From positions 32,674 to 96,673 of the forward strand of contig NMRA01000611.1 of the NCBI GenBank assembly GCA_002633005.1: 64,000 nt of DNA. The letters are read 5' to 3'. The notes below the pieces were generated by a model. The model searched no databases. It saw nothing but the letters and a program-made list of their open reading frames with translations, and was not told the origin of the DNA. Positions within the stretch are counted from its first letter, which is position 1. Every line of letters begins with the position of its first letter. The DNA comes from Phoronis australis (taxonomy: Eukaryota; Animalia; Phoronida). Position numbers and translations under genes: made by a program. Below, piece by piece: positions 63,863 through 64,000 of the stretch.

Positions 63863-64000
63863 ACAACAAAGTTGTTAGAGAACTCAATTACATTGGATTT
63901 AGGGAATGTGTAGTTTGTGGTAGCCTGAAAATGGTGGTGTCAGCGACCCATATCAGCTTACATCCCGCCGTGTGACTCCCTTGCCACACTCCTGGCACCT

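Overview
AT-rich, intron-containing animal (invertebrate-type) genomic DNA from a draft assembly with single-N contig joins and one ~550-N gap. The window has two parts. (1) 1-~24,800 is a dense nest of transposons, almost all on the minus strand. A Gmr1-like Gypsy LTR element (gag-PR-IN-RT-RH) has a 5' LTR interrupted by a full-length Tx1-clade LINE with a U2 snRNA fragment at its 5' end and by an apparently intact piggyBac. It has a Harbinger in gag and is itself inserted into a second Gypsy, which sits in a third. Relics of ISL2EU, BEN-domain/Harbinger, GalEa-Copia and YqaJ elements follow. (2) ~25,000-64,000 is genic: a mucin-like single-pass membrane protein gene (-), C1D/Rrp47 (+, 5 exons) and a mARC/MOSC gene (-, 7 exons visible, 5' end outside the window). 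Small-RNA-derived mobile elements recur: a TRIM with tRNA-like LTRs in C1D intron 1, and two copies of a hairpin-ended element with a CCA-ending tRNA-like cassette. Most tandem duplications flanking single Ns look like assembly artefacts. All calls were made by eye from sequence motifs; no database search was run.
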